Under the pieces are notes generated by a model. It was not told the DNA's origin, did not search any database, and saw only the letters and a program-made list of their open reading frames with translations. 64,000 nt of DNA from Balanoglossus misakiensis. Lineage: Eukaryota; Animalia; Hemichordata. Positions 62,138 through 64,000 of the stretch are shown one piece after another (the first letter of the stretch is position 1; each line of letters begins with the position of its first letter). The stretch is taken from the NCBI GenBank assembly GCA_040954595.2, contig CM082584.2:10448190-10512189 (forward strand). Reading direction: 5' to 3'. Made by a program: the position numbers and the translations under genes.

Positions 62138-63809
62138 ATGCCGAAGTTCTTCTCTGTGCCTGCGACAATCGTCATCGCTATCGTGGCCATTGACATCGTT
62201 TGTTGTTCGGATTTCGGTTGGCCGTGTTACAGGAACAAAACGGATGTTGTAACAACCAGCGAATCGCCGGTGAGTTAAACTCCAAATGCGACTATCAATG
62301 TATATAGATCTACATGTGTTTTATTGTTTATTGTGCATTATCTGGATTCGTCATCTTAATTTTGACCAAGGATTCAAAAAGTTACACTTAAACAAATGAA
62401 GGGAATATCAAAGTTACAGACAACTGTCCCCCTCTCTCAATGCTACCTTAATATCGGTACATTTGTATCTGCATGAACCCATTACACGAAAAAGGGCCAG
62501 TGTGTAGCAGAATATTCTAAAATAAAAATGCGTTCGGCCTTCTCATTTCCAGAATGGCGAAGCTCTGTCATTGAAAATGATGGGTGGAACGAATTTACTA
62601 CTTGTGCTCAGGAACCTAGATTCAAGAGTGTTCACAACGGACAACTGTGAGTATGAATATTTACTGATAGGCGTTTGGCATGTACCTCATTTCGCAAGTT
62701 TTTATTGCAGCCCTTGCCATTTTGAGCAGCACGTTTTTAATGCAGCGTGCGACGAGTCAGAGTAACACACGTCAGAGTTAAGAAGCCATTTCGAATCGGG
62801 TTGCTTTGAAAGTTGCCGATAATGGTCTCTATAGGCCCATACGACACCATACCAATAAACGTATGCTTAGCCTATCTGGCACTCAGTGAAAGAGCTAGCT
62901 GGGTATATGTTGCAATTTATATGCCATCACTTTAAGCCTATAAATCACATTCTTGTAAGAGTAACCTTCTTTCCCTTGCCAGGTGGCGCAGACGTATACA
63001 TTCACGCCTACTGGGCGTTCGACGCACATTTTGTTGACCAGTTATTTGCCAGTATTCTCTGCAATCACTACGGTGTGTCTCAAGTCCACATGGAATCGAC
63101 TCTTCTCAGAGTTGGAGACATTCAAGATACCACCGACGGTCAGTAACACTAATTATCTGAACACGAAAGACGCTCCAGTCGAAAAAAAAGTGGAATTGCC
63201 AAAAAATGTAGGAGGGCGAGAAACCTGCATCTAAGAGGAGTAGACACGTACACCAGTCACCTACTGGTCGTAATCTGTGCATGTGTCCATTATGTCCGAG
63301 TTGCATGGTGTTTCAAAGTCCTTTTCAAAGTACTTACTGGAAAATGCTTGTTTTCTAAGAACATCACTAGAATCGATGCTGGCAAACAAGTTTTCAGCGA
63401 GATCGGTGAACATTTTGATTATATTTAACGTTTTGTACTTAAAATCTACAAATCCACTTTGCCATATATACTGTTATTATTTTTCTATGTTTCAAATAAT
63501 TATTCTTCTGTACTTACAGTGAGGGGACAACTCGCCCATCCGCTTCCAGAGGAATGGTTACACAGTGGACCTCTTATTCAACTTCATTTCACCAATTTTA
63601 TATCTGTTGATAGTCTTGTACTGATCTGCTCACCCAGATATTTTGGCACCACCTACGTGGAGACTGACCTTGAAATAGTCATCGACTTTACTGGTAATAT
63701 CACAAATCAATTACGTTTCGTATTTAAATTATTTCGTGTGCTTGCTGGCATTGAAATCTTACTATTTGCAAGAGCAGGTTCATTAGAATCATCGTCGTCG
63801 TCGTCGTCG

Positions 63810-63896
<87 letters not shown>

Positions 63897-64000
63897 CCCC
63901 CACCTGCTACCAGCTGCTAGCAAGAATGTGAAATGGCTAACACTGACGTGTAACATTCCCCTTTACTTCTGCAGGATGCGCCCCGAACAAATACGGTGGT
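62138..64000 (+). CDS. 5' part of a paralog of the EGF-Ig-TIR receptor (signal peptide, shared N-terminal domain, start of EGF); runs off the window
   Basis: Exons 62138-62269 (MPKFFSVPATIVIAIVAIDIVCCS...), 62553-62646, 62983-63138, 63520-63693 and 63975-64000 (GCAPNKYGG); phases 0,1,1,1 are consistent. Motifs align with the minus-strand receptor: TDNCGADVYI vs SDNCVLDVYI, SQVHME vs SEVEME, HPLPEEW..GPLIQLHFTNF..LVLIC vs HVLPASW..GGIIRFHFPYF..VRIRC. Confidence 0.82.
63789..63896 (+). repeat. (TCG)n(TCA)n trinucleotide microsatellite, intronic
   Basis: Seen directly; lies between the donor at 63694 and the acceptor at 63974. Confidence 0.95.

Noticed and set aside
62983-63234. ORF-track frame MAQTYTFTPTG...
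   Set aside because: The phase-1 frame (GADVYIHAYW...) is the one that fits exon 62553-62646 and aligns with the paralog.
63694-63920. Poly-serine tail of ORF 63459-63920
   Set aside because: It lies after the splice donor at 63694 and is an intronic TCA/TCG microsatellite.
1-64000. CRISPR arrays, tRNA/rRNA genes, transposase or reverse-transcriptase ORFs
   Set aside because: None seen; the window is spliced eukaryotic gene sequence.

Overview
Eukaryotic, intron-rich animal DNA. It is probably a marine invertebrate bilaterian (inference from the gene set and intron style; the species cannot be determined). Five protein-coding genes were reconstructed exon by exon from splice sites, phase continuity and remembered family homology. 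(1) AP-3 complex delta subunit AP3D1 (+, 22-15469, first exon upstream of the window). It has a tandemly duplicated, probably mutually exclusive 108-nt exon pair, intronic RNA stems, a candidate 9-nt microexon and a 69-nt cassette exon. (2) A much-enlarged SPATA1-like gene (+, 17504-38601). Its long 5' introns hold a miR-34/449-like hairpin, many RFX X-box-like motifs and a 403-bp tandem duplication. (3) A vitellogenin-like large lipid transfer protein (+, 40876-53802, ~1578 aa). (4) A transmembrane TIR receptor (-, 59492-54198) with signal peptide, unassigned N-terminal domain, EGF, 4 Ig, TM and TIR. (5) The 5' part of a diverged paralog of gene 4 (+, 62138 to window end), head-to-head with it across a ~2.6 kb region with kappaB-like and Ets-like sites. 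The best candidates for something undescribed are the head-to-head EGF-Ig-TIR receptor pair, the structure-associated exon pair in AP3D1, and the intronic miR-34-like hairpin. No database searches or folding programs were run.
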